A DNA stretch of 63,208 nucleotides, counting the filler. It is 6 parts of 6 records of this genome, joined end to end, with 100 filler letters (N's around TTAATTAATTAA, not from the genome) between each part and the next. Parts side by side here need not be neighbours in the genome. Positions count along the whole stretch, not along the records: positions 26,716 to 47,803 come from SRR31156797_25201; positions 47,904 to 56,173 come from SRR31156797_25202; 4 more parts are not named here. One strand, written 5' to 3'. Both the position numbers and the translations under genes were made by a program. Each line of letters starts with the position of its first letter. The stretch's first letter is position 1. This document shows positions 39,407 to 49,411 of this stretch, piece by piece. The notes under the pieces were generated by a model. That model was given only the letters and a program-made list of their open reading frames with translations, had not been told where the DNA came from and ran no database searches.

Positions 39407-39532
39407 ATCGATATTCTTTAATCTTATTTAAAATCAATACAAAAAATTTGGGATTGTCTAAACACTATGTGCTTTGTGGCAATCCCGAACAGAAATACTA
39501 AAATATTACAAATAGTTTAAAAAAATGTTCAA

Positions 39533-41764
39533 TCAATTGATTTTTTTTGGAATTGTAAATGAAAATGTTGATCCTTTATCTAGATTACTTTCGATTGTCA
39601 GGTATCCTTTGTGCATTTCAACTATATCAAAACATAAAGAGAGACCCAAACCCGATCCTTTTTCCCTGTTAGTTCCCGGCTGAGAATGATAATTACCCTT
39701 TTGCTTGATTTTTTCAATTGTTGCTTCATCCATTCCAATACCGGTATCACTTACAGCAACTTTTAACATTAAATCACCTGATTCAATATTGACTTTTATA
39801 TCTCCACCATATTTTGTGAATTTAATGGCATTGACCAATAAGTTCCTTAATACTGTGCTTATCATTTGATGGTCGAAATAGGCCAAATCATCTTTGCATG
39901 TAAAGAATTCAACACTAATTCCCTTATTATTTGCTTTACTATTCGTAGATTTAATTGCTTTTTCAATCACTGGAGTGATACTCTGCTCTTCCCGAATCAA
40001 TTTAACTCTATTTTCTTGGTTTTTTGCCCACATTAATAAGTTTTCGAGCAAATCAATGGCAGAGATTAAATCATTTTCCATTAACCTGTATATATGTGCA
40101 ATCTTTTCTTTCGTAAAATTTTTAGTTTCTAAAAGTTTCAATGATGTTTGCAAGCTAGCCATTGGAGAACGAAGGTCATGACCGATTATTGAAAAAATGC
40201 GATCTTTCGTTTTATTATTTTCTTCCATCTCTGCATTTTTTAATTGAATAACCTTGTTCTTTTCTTTTAATAAGCTATTATATCTTTCTATTTTAATGGA
40301 GTTCTGGTTTATTTCATCATTGGCTTCCTTTATCTCTTCATTTCGTTTTCTAAGCTCCCTATTTATAGCTGTCTTTTGCCTAAAACGTTGAAAAAACAAA
40401 ATAGCGATGGCCAACACCAATAAAGCCATGCCGATCAATAGATTCCTTATTGTCAAAGACTTATCAAGCTGTTCCTCTTTAAGCCTTTTTTCCTGCGTCA
40501 GGTAGGTTATTTGTTGTTCCTTTTGCTGATTAGCATACTTAGCTTCCATTTCAGTCAGTAGCTCTTTGTTTTCCTGTTGCAAAGCACTATCTTTTTCAAT
40601 TGCATAATTTTGAGAATATTCATACGCAAGTTTATAATTATTCATCTCGGCAGCCGTTCTAGCCATCGCAAAATAGCGGTATGCTTTCTCACCATGAATT
40701 CCCAATTCATCTAACAAATCAAGACTTTTCTGATAATATGACAAGCTTGTGTTGTAGTCAGCTAACTCATAAAAGATATCACCTATCCTGCTTAAGTTTG
40801 TACTCAGTTCTCTTATTTGCCCCATTTCCTTATTAAAATCGCGAGATTTATATAGGTATCCAAGGGCTTTTCTATATTCACTCTGTTTCAAAAAATGATT
40901 ACCTAAAATTGAATATATTGTACTTAATAATCGTTTGTTTCCTATTTCTTCTGCAACTTCAAGCGCTTGATAATAAATATTGATTGCTTTATCTGTACTA
41001 TCCAATAATTCAAGATTATTACCTAAATTAATAAGTGCCTTAGTCTTTCCTAGTTTATTGTTTTCTAGTTCATACAATTTAACAGCCTGCGAAACATATT
41101 TATTTGATTCTATATTGTCCTCAAAATGATTCTGATATATCAATGCAATTTTCATATATAGGCTTGCGATACCTTTATTTACTTTTAGTTTTTCTCGTAT
41201 TTCCAATGCTTTAAGGTAATGCTTAAGAGCTTTTTCAGCATTTCCCTGCACATAATTCACAACTCCTATATTGGCATTAATAGTTGCAATACCAGATGAA
41301 TCATTCATTTGGTTATAAATCTGTAAGCTTTTATTCCAATAATATTTACAACTATCATATTCACTTTTGTTATAAAAGACCACACCAATACTTGTATAAG
41401 CATTTGCAATGGCAATTAGCCTATTTTCATTTTGGAGAACTAAAAGAGCTTTTTTTAATGTATCAATCGCCTCAAGATAAAGCCCTTCATAAACCATAAC
41501 TCTTGCTTTGGTGATTAGCAAGTTTCCTTCTTCAGATTTAAGGTTCTGCTGACGAGCAATCTGCAATCCTTTGTTAAAATAATAATAAGCTGAGTCAAAT
41601 TGATCTTCATAATAGAACTTTCCCAGCTCCAAATACAAATTAGTTATAACTGTATCTTCTTTTGCAGCATGCAGTTTTTGCAACAGAACAGTTGGTGAAT
41701 TATTATTTTGTGAAAGACCTACGGAACACGAAATAACAATGAATAAAATCGATATCGTTTTCAT
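39533..41764 (-). CDS. TPR-containing membrane sensor histidine kinase
   Basis: Periplasmic TPRs, one TM helix, IIGHDLRSP H-box, NLLVNAIKFT, DTGIGM and GSGLGL motifs. Confidence 0.92.
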   Translation of the reverse strand: MKTISILFIVISCSVGLSQNNNSPTVLLQKLHAAKEDTVITNLYLELGKFYYEDQFDSAYYYFNKGLQIARQQNLKSEEGNLLITKARVMVYEGLYLEAIDTLKKALLVLQNENRLIAIANAYTSIGVVFYNKSEYDSCKYYWNKSLQIYNQMNDSSGIATINANIGVVNYVQGNAEKALKHYLKALEIREKLKVNKGIASLYMKIALIYQNHFEDNIESNKYVSQAVKLYELENNKLGKTKALINLGNNLELLDSTDKAINIYYQALEVAEEIGNKRLLSTIYSILGNHFLKQSEYRKALGYLYKSRDFNKEMGQIRELSTNLSRIGDIFYELADYNTSLSYYQKSLDLLDELGIHGEKAYRYFAMARTAAEMNNYKLAYEYSQNYAIEKDSALQQENKELLTEMEAKYANQQKEQQITYLTQEKRLKEEQLDKSLTIRNLLIGMALLVLAIAILFFQRFRQKTAINRELRKRNEEIKEANDEINQNSIKIERYNSLLKEKNKVIQLKNAEMEENNKTKDRIFSIIGHDLRSPMASLQTSLKLLETKNFTKEKIAHIYRLMENDLISAIDLLENLLMWAKNQENRVKLIREEQSITPVIEKAIKSTNSKANNKGISVEFFTCKDDLAYFDHQMISTVLRNLLVNAIKFTKYGGDIKVNIESGDLMLKVAVSDTGIGMDEATIEKIKQKGNYHSQPGTNREKGSGLGLSLCFDIVEMHKGYLTIESNLDKGSTFSFTIPKKIN

Positions 41765-41867
41765 AAAATTACCCCCTAAAACATTACAATTTACTTGTTC
41801 TATAATTGTTTAGCAAACTTTTCTTATACTTTTGTGTTGAATTAATTTGATTCTAAATTCAGTGCAA

Positions 41868-43064
41868 ATGCGATTATACGTTGGCTTAGTATTTATTATT
41901 GTTTTTATAGTTTTAATCGACTTTCTGTTTTATAAGGCCTTCCTCAGAAAATCTGTAAGAAAAAAACGATGGCAAAGGTTGCTCGTTCCCATGAGCCTTA
42001 GCTACATTCTTTTTTGGTCGTATTTGTTTTTGACTAGTCCAAAATCGTATACTTATTTACAGGAAGACAACTATTCTTTATTTTTCGTAGCAACTTCAAT
42101 CTTTATTGTATGGTATCTGCCGCGATTTGTGGCCATTATTATAAGGTTAGTACTAATAATTACAGATGAATTTAAATTAACAAAGCGCAAAACATCCAGG
42201 ACTATAGCTTTAAGCTTTGCTGCAATAATTATGGCTGGAGGTCTAATTGGGATTTTTGTGAATCGATTTCAATTTAGAATTATCAATGAAGAAATTACTT
42301 CCGAATCAATCCCCAACGGTTTCAACAACTATAAAATAGTTCAAATATCTGATTTACATCTTGGGACATCCAAATCAAGAAAAGGGCAATATCAAAAAAT
42401 GGTAGAAATGATAAATGATCAAAATGCTGATTTAGTTGTTTTTACCGGTGATATTGTAAATAATTTTGCCACGGAACTGGAAGGTTGGGATGATATTTTA
42501 AAGCAAGTTAAAGCAAAGGATGGGATTTATGCAATACTTGGAAATCATGACTATGGTGACTATGTAAAGTGGCAAACAACTCAGGATAAACAAAGAAACA
42601 ACCGCGATATTGTAGATTTTTTTGATAAGATTAATTGGAAACTGCTACGCAATGAGCATGATACCCTTATCCAAAATAGAGACACGATAATTCTTGCAGG
42701 TGTTGAAAACTGGGGTCAACCACCATTCCCACAATATGGTGATTTACAAGCTAGTATACCTCAGAAAAACAACTATCCAATCTTGCTACTCAGCCATGAC
42801 CCATCCCACTGGGATGCTGAAGTGAAACAAGATTCAGCAGATATCTTTCTCACACTATCTGGCCACACACATGGTTTTCAATTTGGAATTCGATCAGAAA
42901 ACATAAATATTAGTCCAGTGTCAATGCGCTATGAAAAATGGGGAGGTTTATACGAAGAATATGGCAAGCAACTCTATGTAAATGTAGGTGCAGGTACAAT
43001 TGGATTTCCCGGTAGAATTGGTATGCGACCTGAAATTACTGTGTTAAAACTGGTTAGTAAATAG
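41868..43064 (+). CDS. Membrane-anchored metallophosphoesterase (YkuE-like)
   Basis: DLH, GD, GNHD, SH and GHTH calcineurin-like motifs after N-terminal TM helices. Confidence 0.9.
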   Translation: MRLYVGLVFIIVFIVLIDFLFYKAFLRKSVRKKRWQRLLVPMSLSYILFWSYLFLTSPKSYTYLQEDNYSLFFVATSIFIVWYLPRFVAIIIRLVLIITDEFKLTKRKTSRTIALSFAAIIMAGGLIGIFVNRFQFRIINEEITSESIPNGFNNYKIVQISDLHLGTSKSRKGQYQKMVEMINDQNADLVVFTGDIVNNFATELEGWDDILKQVKAKDGIYAILGNHDYGDYVKWQTTQDKQRNNRDIVDFFDKINWKLLRNEHDTLIQNRDTIILAGVENWGQPPFPQYGDLQASIPQKNNYPILLLSHDPSHWDAEVKQDSADIFLTLSGHTHGFQFGIRSENINISPVSMRYEKWGGLYEEYGKQLYVNVGAGTIGFPGRIGMRPEITVLKLVSK

Positions 43065-43073
43065 TTTAATAGG

Positions 43074-43511
43074 TTCATTAAGTAATTGAGTTGATTGAGT
43101 AATTGAGTAAAATTGCTAAGGCGCAGACTTGCATCTCATTGCTTTCGCACAATCCCGAAGGGATTGAATGTCTGTAGCCACAGGCGAAGCCTGTGGAAAA
43201 AGCATAGCGCAAAACCCGCCGCATATGAATAAAAATCGGAGACGAATAATAACCATCGGCGGAATTGACGATTAGTTAATTGAAAAAACAAATCCAAATA
43301 ACCACCTATATATCAACATAATACACACGAAAAAATAGAACTTATTCAGATTGAGTAATTCAGTTATTGGGGCAATTGAGTTAATTGAGTTAATTAACTT
43401 ATTCAACTTACTCAACTTACTCAACTTAATAACCTAATCAACTAATTTAACTTTTTAACCTATTTAATCTAATTAACCTTCTTTACTTAATATCTTAATC
43501 AACCTAATCAA
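43074..43511. repeat. Degenerate 8-9-nt repeats (AATTGAGT / ACTCAACTT-like) in inverted arrangement between convergent genes
   Basis: ATTGAGT-type copies at 43085-43108 and 43350-43391; the orientation flips to AACTTACTC/AACCTAATC-type copies after about 43392. Confidence 0.7.
43151..43196 (+). mobile_element. REP-like / IS200-IS605-type end hairpins (non-autonomous)
   Basis: Perfect hairpin AATCCC-GAA-GGGATT, then GTAG immediately followed by the perfect hairpin CCACAGGC-GAA-GCCTGTGG. Confidence 0.5.
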
Positions 43512-46295
43512 CTAATTACCAAGTTTCTCAGCTACAAACCTTCCCGTATAAGAATCCTCTTTTTTAGCGAGTTCTTCAGGTGTTCCTTCATATACCAAAT
43601 TTCCTCCACCTTCTCCTCCTTCAGGACCTAAATCAACAATCCAATCAGCAGACTTTATTACTTCAGGGTTATGTTCAATAACAATAATTGAATGTCCTTT
43701 TTCAATCAGTGCATTAAATGAATCCAATAGTTTACTAATATCATGAAAATGTAGTCCTGTTGTAGGCTCATCAAATATGAATATCAATGAATCTGCCGAT
43801 TGATCCTTTGCTAAAAATGATGCTAATTTAACACGCTGGCTTTCACCTCCTGATAGCGTACTGGATGATTGGCCAAGTTTTACATATCCTAAACCCACAT
43901 CAAGCAATGGTTGTAGTTTTTTAGCAACTTTTGCAGCATTTCCTTTGGCATCTTTTCCAAAAAAATCAACGGCTTCTTCAATGGTCATTTCAAGCACGTC
44001 AAATATAGATTTTTCCTTGTATTTAACTTCCAGAATTTCATCTTTGAAACGCCTGCCTTTACACGATTCACAGACCAACTCCACATCAGCCATGAATTGC
44101 ATTTCAACCTTTATGGTTCCCTCGCCCTGGCACTCATCACAACGACCGCCATCTACATTAAATGAAAAATGTGCCGGCTTAAAGTTCTGCTGCTTAGACA
44201 ATTGTTGAGAAGCAAATAATGAGCGTATTTCATCATAAGCTTTTAAATAAGTTACAGGATTTGAGCGTGAAGATTTTCCAATTGGGTTTTGGTCTACAAA
44301 TTCTACTCCTTTATGGATAGAATAATCTCCACTAAGTTGCTTAAAATCCCCTTTCTCATTACTATAACCCTGATAATTGCGCTGCAACGCAGGATAAAGA
44401 ATATTCCTAATTAATGATGATTTACCGCTTCCACTTACTCCTGTTACCACACTTAGCGCTTGCAGTTGAATTTTCACATCAATATTTTTCAAATTATGAT
44501 GCCTTGCTCCTTCTATTACAAGAAAATTACGACCTTTTCGCCTTACTTTAGGCAATTCAATACCTTTCTTACCGGTCAAATAATCAGCTGTTAAACTGGT
44601 TTTTGACTCAATTAACTCTTTTTGTGTACCCTGAAATACAATTTCTCCGCCATGCGAACCGGCTAAAGGGCCTATATCTATTATTTCATCAGCTTCGTGC
44701 ATAAATTCTTCTTCATGCTCAACCACAACTACTGTATTTCCTAATGCTTTCAATTCTTTAAGTACATTGATCAAATTGTGCGTATCACGTGGGTGCAATC
44801 CAATACTAGGTTCGTCTAAAATATAAACAGAACCAACCAATGAACTTCCCAATGAAGTAGCCAAATTAATGCGCTGCGATTCACCACCGGATAAAGTTGA
44901 TGATTGTCTGCTAATGGTCAAATAACCCAAACCTACATTAATTAAAAAACTCAAACGGTTTTCAATCTCTTTCAAAATACGCGAGCTTACCTTCTGGTCA
45001 TATTCATTCAGCTTCAATTGCTTGAAAAAGGGCAATAGCTTACTTACAGGCATATCAACCAATTCTCCTATACTTTTCCCTCCAACCTTAACATATTGTG
45101 CATCAGGTCTCAATCTGGAACCATGACATTCAGGACATATGGTTTTACCTCTGTATTTACTCAACATCACACGGTATTGAATTTTATAGGCCTTTTTCTC
45201 CAGATATTCAAAGAATTTATGAATTCCTGCAAAATACTGATTACCATCCCATAGAAGGTCTTTATGTTCCTGACTTAATTCAAAATAAGGTCTGTGAATA
45301 GGAAAATCAAAATGATCAGCATTCATGATCAATTCATCCTTCCATTCACTCATTTTTTCGCCCTTCCAACACGCTACAGCTTCATCATAAACGGATAAAC
45401 TTTTGTCGGGAATAACAAGATCAGGATCTATACCTATAGTTTGACCATAACCGTCACACCTTCTACATGCACCTAATGGACTATTGAAGCTAAAAAAATG
45501 TTCATTGGGTTCTTCAAACTGAATACCATCTAACTCAAAACGATTAGAAAAGTCTTTTTTCTTTTCGTTTTGCTCCATTAACATAATGGTACATGCACCA
45601 TGCCCTTCAAAAAATGCTGTTTGAATGGAATCAGCAATACGACTCACATTATCTTCATCATCTTTACCTATTACCCTATCAACAACCAAATACACATCAT
45701 CACACATTTTCAACGAGGTAATATCTTCAATCTCCTCTAGACGAATTTCTTTGGTTGAGCAAATAATACGGCTGTAGCCTCTCATTTTCAAACGTTCCAG
45801 TGTGTCATCTTGAAATTTTACTGGGGCCAGAATCATTATTTTTTGGTCTTTTCCCTTTTTCAGAATATAATCGACCACGTCAGTTACCCTATCCTTTTTG
45901 ACTTCCTGGCCGGAAACAGGAGAGAATGTTTTTCCAATTCGCGCATATAAAAGCCGTATATATTCATATATCTCTGTGCTTGTTCCAACGGTAGATCTGG
46001 GATTGCGTGTATTTACCTTTTGCTCAATAGCAATTGCTGGTGGTATACCACGAATATAATCAACTTCCGGTTTATTAATTCTTCCCATGAATTGTCGTGC
46101 ATAGGATGATAAACTCTCGACATATCGTCTTTGTCCCTCTGCGTAGAGCGTATCAAATGCCAAACTAGACTTACCTGAGCCCGAAACACCCGTAATAACC
46201 ACAAACTTGTTTCGTGGAATTTTAAGACTTATTCCTTTTAAATTATGAACCTTAGCGTTGGCAATCTCTATATAATTTTCGTTTTGATCTGACAT
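43512..46295 (-). CDS. uvrA: Excinuclease ABC subunit A
   Basis: Two GVSGSGKSS Walker A motifs, two LSGGESQR signatures and CxxC zinc fingers; about 930 aa. Confidence 0.97.
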   Translation of the reverse strand: MSDQNENYIEIANAKVHNLKGISLKIPRNKFVVITGVSGSGKSSLAFDTLYAEGQRRYVESLSSYARQFMGRINKPEVDYIRGIPPAIAIEQKVNTRNPRSTVGTSTEIYEYIRLLYARIGKTFSPVSGQEVKKDRVTDVVDYILKKGKDQKIMILAPVKFQDDTLERLKMRGYSRIICSTKEIRLEEIEDITSLKMCDDVYLVVDRVIGKDDEDNVSRIADSIQTAFFEGHGACTIMLMEQNEKKKDFSNRFELDGIQFEEPNEHFFSFNSPLGACRRCDGYGQTIGIDPDLVIPDKSLSVYDEAVACWKGEKMSEWKDELIMNADHFDFPIHRPYFELSQEHKDLLWDGNQYFAGIHKFFEYLEKKAYKIQYRVMLSKYRGKTICPECHGSRLRPDAQYVKVGGKSIGELVDMPVSKLLPFFKQLKLNEYDQKVSSRILKEIENRLSFLINVGLGYLTISRQSSTLSGGESQRINLATSLGSSLVGSVYILDEPSIGLHPRDTHNLINVLKELKALGNTVVVVEHEEEFMHEADEIIDIGPLAGSHGGEIVFQGTQKELIESKTSLTADYLTGKKGIELPKVRRKGRNFLVIEGARHHNLKNIDVKIQLQALSVVTGVSGSGKSSLIRNILYPALQRNYQGYSNEKGDFKQLSGDYSIHKGVEFVDQNPIGKSSRSNPVTYLKAYDEIRSLFASQQLSKQQNFKPAHFSFNVDGGRCDECQGEGTIKVEMQFMADVELVCESCKGRRFKDEILEVKYKEKSIFDVLEMTIEEAVDFFGKDAKGNAAKVAKKLQPLLDVGLGYVKLGQSSSTLSGGESQRVKLASFLAKDQSADSLIFIFDEPTTGLHFHDISKLLDSFNALIEKGHSIIVIEHNPEVIKSADWIVDLGPEGGEGGGNLVYEGTPEELAKKEDSYTGRFVAEKLGN

Positions 46296-46579
46296 TTTAT
46301 ACACTTTTGAAGAATGAGTACAAAAATAGTGGAAATAATTACGTTACAATTCTGATTTTTAAAATCATCTCAAAACATTCATTAATTAATAAACAATTGA
46401 ACATATTTAAAGTTGTGAATACCTGAAGTTCAACACTTAACAGATTTATATAAATCCTGTAATTTGGATAATTTTCATAAAATGCTTGATAAAAGGCAAA
46501 TAAAATTAGACGAACAGTGAAATTTTCTTGATTAAAAACTAAACTTTTTACCGTATTAAGGCGTAAAACATATATAAAA

Positions 46580-46610
46580 TTTGGAAATGACCATTCTTTG
46601 GTTATTTTTG
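46580..46610 (+). promoter_or_regulatory. Bacteroidota housekeeping promoter of the ECF sigma gene
   Basis: TTTG (46580-46583) - 19 nt - TATTTTTG (46603-46610) matches the -33/-7 consensus TTTG-N19-21-TAnnTTTG. Confidence 0.7.
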
Positions 46611-46682
46611 TAGCTGTTAAACTTCTAAAAAATTGATGCCTATTGAAAGAAATCTACTCTGATTAACCAAAAAGGAAAGCTT

Positions 46683-47273
46683 ATGAGAGCTAATGAAAAG
46701 AGTGATTTCGATCTCGTGAAAGAATTTATCAACGGAAAAGATTCGAGTATTGAGATTTTGATTACAAGGCACAAAGACCGCGTTTTTACTTACATCCTGT
46801 TACTAGTCAAGAATGAAGAGTTGGCTGAAGATATCTTTCAGGATACTTTCATTAAGGTTATTAATTCCTTACGAAAAAACAAATACAAAGACGAGGGGCG
46901 CTTTGTGAGTTGGGTATTAAGAATTGCCCACAATCTTGTTATTGACCATTTTCGGAAAGAAAAAAATCTTCGAACTGTTTCAAATGACGAAGGCGAAGTT
47001 GATTTGTTAAACAATATTCGTTTTGCAGACTTAACCGTAGAAGAAGAAATTGCCCAAAAGCAAGTTTACGGACGAGTTCGTGATTTGGTTGAAAAGTTAC
47101 CATTTGAACAACGTCAGGTAGTTATCATGCGTCATTACCTGGGAATGAGTTTCAAAGAAATTTCTAACCATACGAATGTTTCAATTAACACAGCTTTGGG
47201 AAGAATGCGATATGCATTAATCAACATGCGTAAAATGATTGAAGATCAGGAACACGCATTCTCATTGTCTTAG
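46683..47273 (+). CDS. ECF-type RNA polymerase sigma factor
   Basis: AEDIFQDTFIK and W.LRIAHNL.IDHFR (region 2); LP.EQR.V, SFKEIS and SINTALGRMRYAL (region 4). Confidence 0.93.
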   Translation: MRANEKSDFDLVKEFINGKDSSIEILITRHKDRVFTYILLLVKNEELAEDIFQDTFIKVINSLRKNKYKDEGRFVSWVLRIAHNLVIDHFRKEKNLRTVSNDEGEVDLLNNIRFADLTVEEEIAQKQVYGRVRDLVEKLPFEQRQVVIMRHYLGMSFKEISNHTNVSINTALGRMRYALINMRKMIEDQEHAFSLS

Positions 47274-47354
47274 GAAGAAAATTGGATTTTTTTAGATAAA
47301 TGATAAAATAAACTTTCCATTGGCGCGTTTCTGTATCAAATAACTGATACATAA

Positions 47355-47540
47355 ATGTTGCCTATGGAAAAATCATTTACACCACATTGTACTCCTGAAC
47401 AATTCGAAAAACTCATGGCTGAATCACACATGTTATACACGGCTAAGCCAGGTTTGGTGAAGGACATAATGGCCTATGTCCGAAGCACAAGAGTATTTCA
47501 AACTAAATTTTCAGGAGATTTGAAACTATTTCTTAATTGA
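47355..47540 (+). CDS. Small hypothetical protein downstream of the ECF sigma gene
   Basis: 61-aa ORF with A-rich initiation context and a downstream terminator. Confidence 0.65.
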   Translation: MLPMEKSFTPHCTPEQFEKLMAESHMLYTAKPGLVKDIMAYVRSTRVFQTKFSGDLKLFLN

Positions 47541-47560
47541 GAACTAAAAAAATTATTTGT

Positions 47561-47590
47561 AGGCGATTTCGGGAACGGAATCGCTTTTTT
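47561..47590 (+). terminator. Intrinsic terminator
   Basis: AGGCGATTTC...GGAATCGCTT stem followed by a T-tract. Confidence 0.7.
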
Positions 47591-47689
47591 CATGCAATAT
47601 TTTTATTTTCAACAATTTCACGCAACAATCGCAATATTATCCAAAAAGAATGCAACAAAAATTACGTAACAAGTCCCTTTCTTTTCTTC

Positions 47690-47803
47690 AGTCTCTAAAG
47701 TCTCTTCGTTCTCCCAGCCCCCTAGTCTCTTAGTCTCTAAGTCTCTTAGTCTCCTAGTCTCTAAAGTCCCTTAGTTCTCTTAGTTCTCTTAAGTCTCCTG
47801 TTC
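47690..47803. repeat. Degenerate tandem octamer repeat (AGTCTCTT-like) at the contig end
   Basis: About 12 copies of AGTCTC(T/C)(T/A) or AGTTCTCTT running into the gap. Confidence 0.8.
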
Positions 47804-47903
47804 NNNNNNNNNNNNNNNNNNNNNNNNNNNNNNNNNNNNNNNNNNNNTTAATTAATTAANNNNNNNNNNNNNNNNNNNNNNNNNNNNNNNNNNNNNNNNN
47901 NNN
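47804..47903. other. Artificial contig spacer
   Basis: N-run + TTAATTAATTAA + N-run. Confidence 0.98.
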
Positions 47904-48118
47904 AATTGGCCATTTCCGGATGGACACTACTTAATCATAACGATCGTTGTAGGGCGAATCACCACAGCAAGTTTTTGTCGAGTTTGGTCCTGAGCTCTAT
48001 TCTGGGTGGGGGGCTAATAATAAAAAGTTTGCATTACATACAAGATTTTGATGAAAAATTCTATCAAATTAAAAGACTTACACGTAGACTAAACGATAAT
48101 AAGGAAAAATGATAAAAA

Positions 48119-49393
48119 ATGGTTGAGTCGAGAATAGAAGCTAAAGAACTGGAGGCTGATTACAGCAATTGGGGGGAACTCATCGACCCCAGCCTGGAAA
48201 GCCAGCGAATGCTGTCGACACTGATCAGCAATCTACCCGGTATGGTCTACAGGTGTCTAAACGACAAAAAGTATACAATGTTGTTTGTCAGTAAACGGGT
48301 TAAGGACATATTCGGTTTTGATCCGGAAGAAGTACTGAATAACAGAATATATTCTTTTATAGACTTCATACATCCGGATGATGTGGATCGAATCTGGGAT
48401 GAGACGCAGGTAAAACTGCAAACCAGAGAATCCTTTCGATTGGACTACCGGATTATCGATTTGCATGGCAACACGAAATGGTTATGGGAACAGGGGGTCG
48501 GTGTATTTGACAATGATGACAATTTACTGGGTCTCGAAGGGTTCATGATCGATATAACGGATAAGATCAATCTTGAAAAAAAATTGGAAAAATCAAAAAA
48601 TCTTGCGTTGCTCGGAGAATTTTCAAGCGCAGTTGCCCATCAAGTCCGCAATCCCCTCGGCGAATGTTTGTTGAGTGCGAAATTAATGCAGACACTGTTA
48701 ACCACCATGGAAAAGGATGATGAAGAAAACTCCCAAGGCAGCAATACACCGATCGTCGAAAAAAATATGAGGGAAAATCTAAAATTCGAGCTTTTAAATC
48801 TAATTCGAGGAATCAATAATCTGAATTCCGTCGTTACCCAGATATTGAACTATACAAAAAACATGAAACTGCGGTTTTACAACCATAAAATCAATACATT
48901 GTTGCAAGACATGGTTTCCCCCTATAAAGAGGATATGTCAAGAATTGGCATAGAAGTTGTTTTCGACATTGAGCAAGGCCTCGACCAAATCATGGTCGAT
49001 GCGATCATGATTTGCCAGGCCTTTCAGAATTTAATCGACAATTCCATACGACTCATGCCGAACGGCGGTTATATCAAAATCAATGTTAATCGATTCAAAG
49101 AATCGGATAATATGGTGATCATAACCATATCGGACTCTGGACCGGGACTAGAAAAAAAGCATTTTAAAAAGATACTGCGCCCTTTTTATACAACCAGAAA
49201 TTCAGGGACGGGATTGGGGTTGTCTTTCGCGAAAAGAGTTGTTGAATCGCATAACGGCAAAATATGGATCTGCGATCCGGACAGCTGTTTTGAATATTTC
49301 AATACTGTATGTGAAAAATACAAAATGTTGAAAGAAAAAAAGCTATCAGGGACCACTTTTCATATAACGCTACCCATCCACCAAGAACAATAA
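48119..49393 (+). CDS. Cytoplasmic PAS-domain sensor histidine kinase (NtrB-like)
   Basis: PAS/PAC segments (NLPGMVYRC, IHPDD, GNTKWLWEQG, DITD); H-box AHQVRNPL; DSGPG, PFYTT and GTGLGL motifs. Confidence 0.9.
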   Translation: MVESRIEAKELEADYSNWGELIDPSLESQRMLSTLISNLPGMVYRCLNDKKYTMLFVSKRVKDIFGFDPEEVLNNRIYSFIDFIHPDDVDRIWDETQVKLQTRESFRLDYRIIDLHGNTKWLWEQGVGVFDNDDNLLGLEGFMIDITDKINLEKKLEKSKNLALLGEFSSAVAHQVRNPLGECLLSAKLMQTLLTTMEKDDEENSQGSNTPIVEKNMRENLKFELLNLIRGINNLNSVVTQILNYTKNMKLRFYNHKINTLLQDMVSPYKEDMSRIGIEVVFDIEQGLDQIMVDAIMICQAFQNLIDNSIRLMPNGGYIKINVNRFKESDNMVIITISDSGPGLEKKHFKKILRPFYTTRNSGTGLGLSFAKRVVESHNGKIWICDPDSCFEYFNTVCEKYKMLKEKKLSGTTFHITLPIHQEQ

Positions 49394-49411
49394 CAACTAC
49401 CCGGTAATAAA

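Noticed and set aside
47906-48112. 68-aa ORF upstream of the PAS kinase
   Set aside because: It sits at the contig edge with a TTG start and no recognisable motif; cannot be supported.
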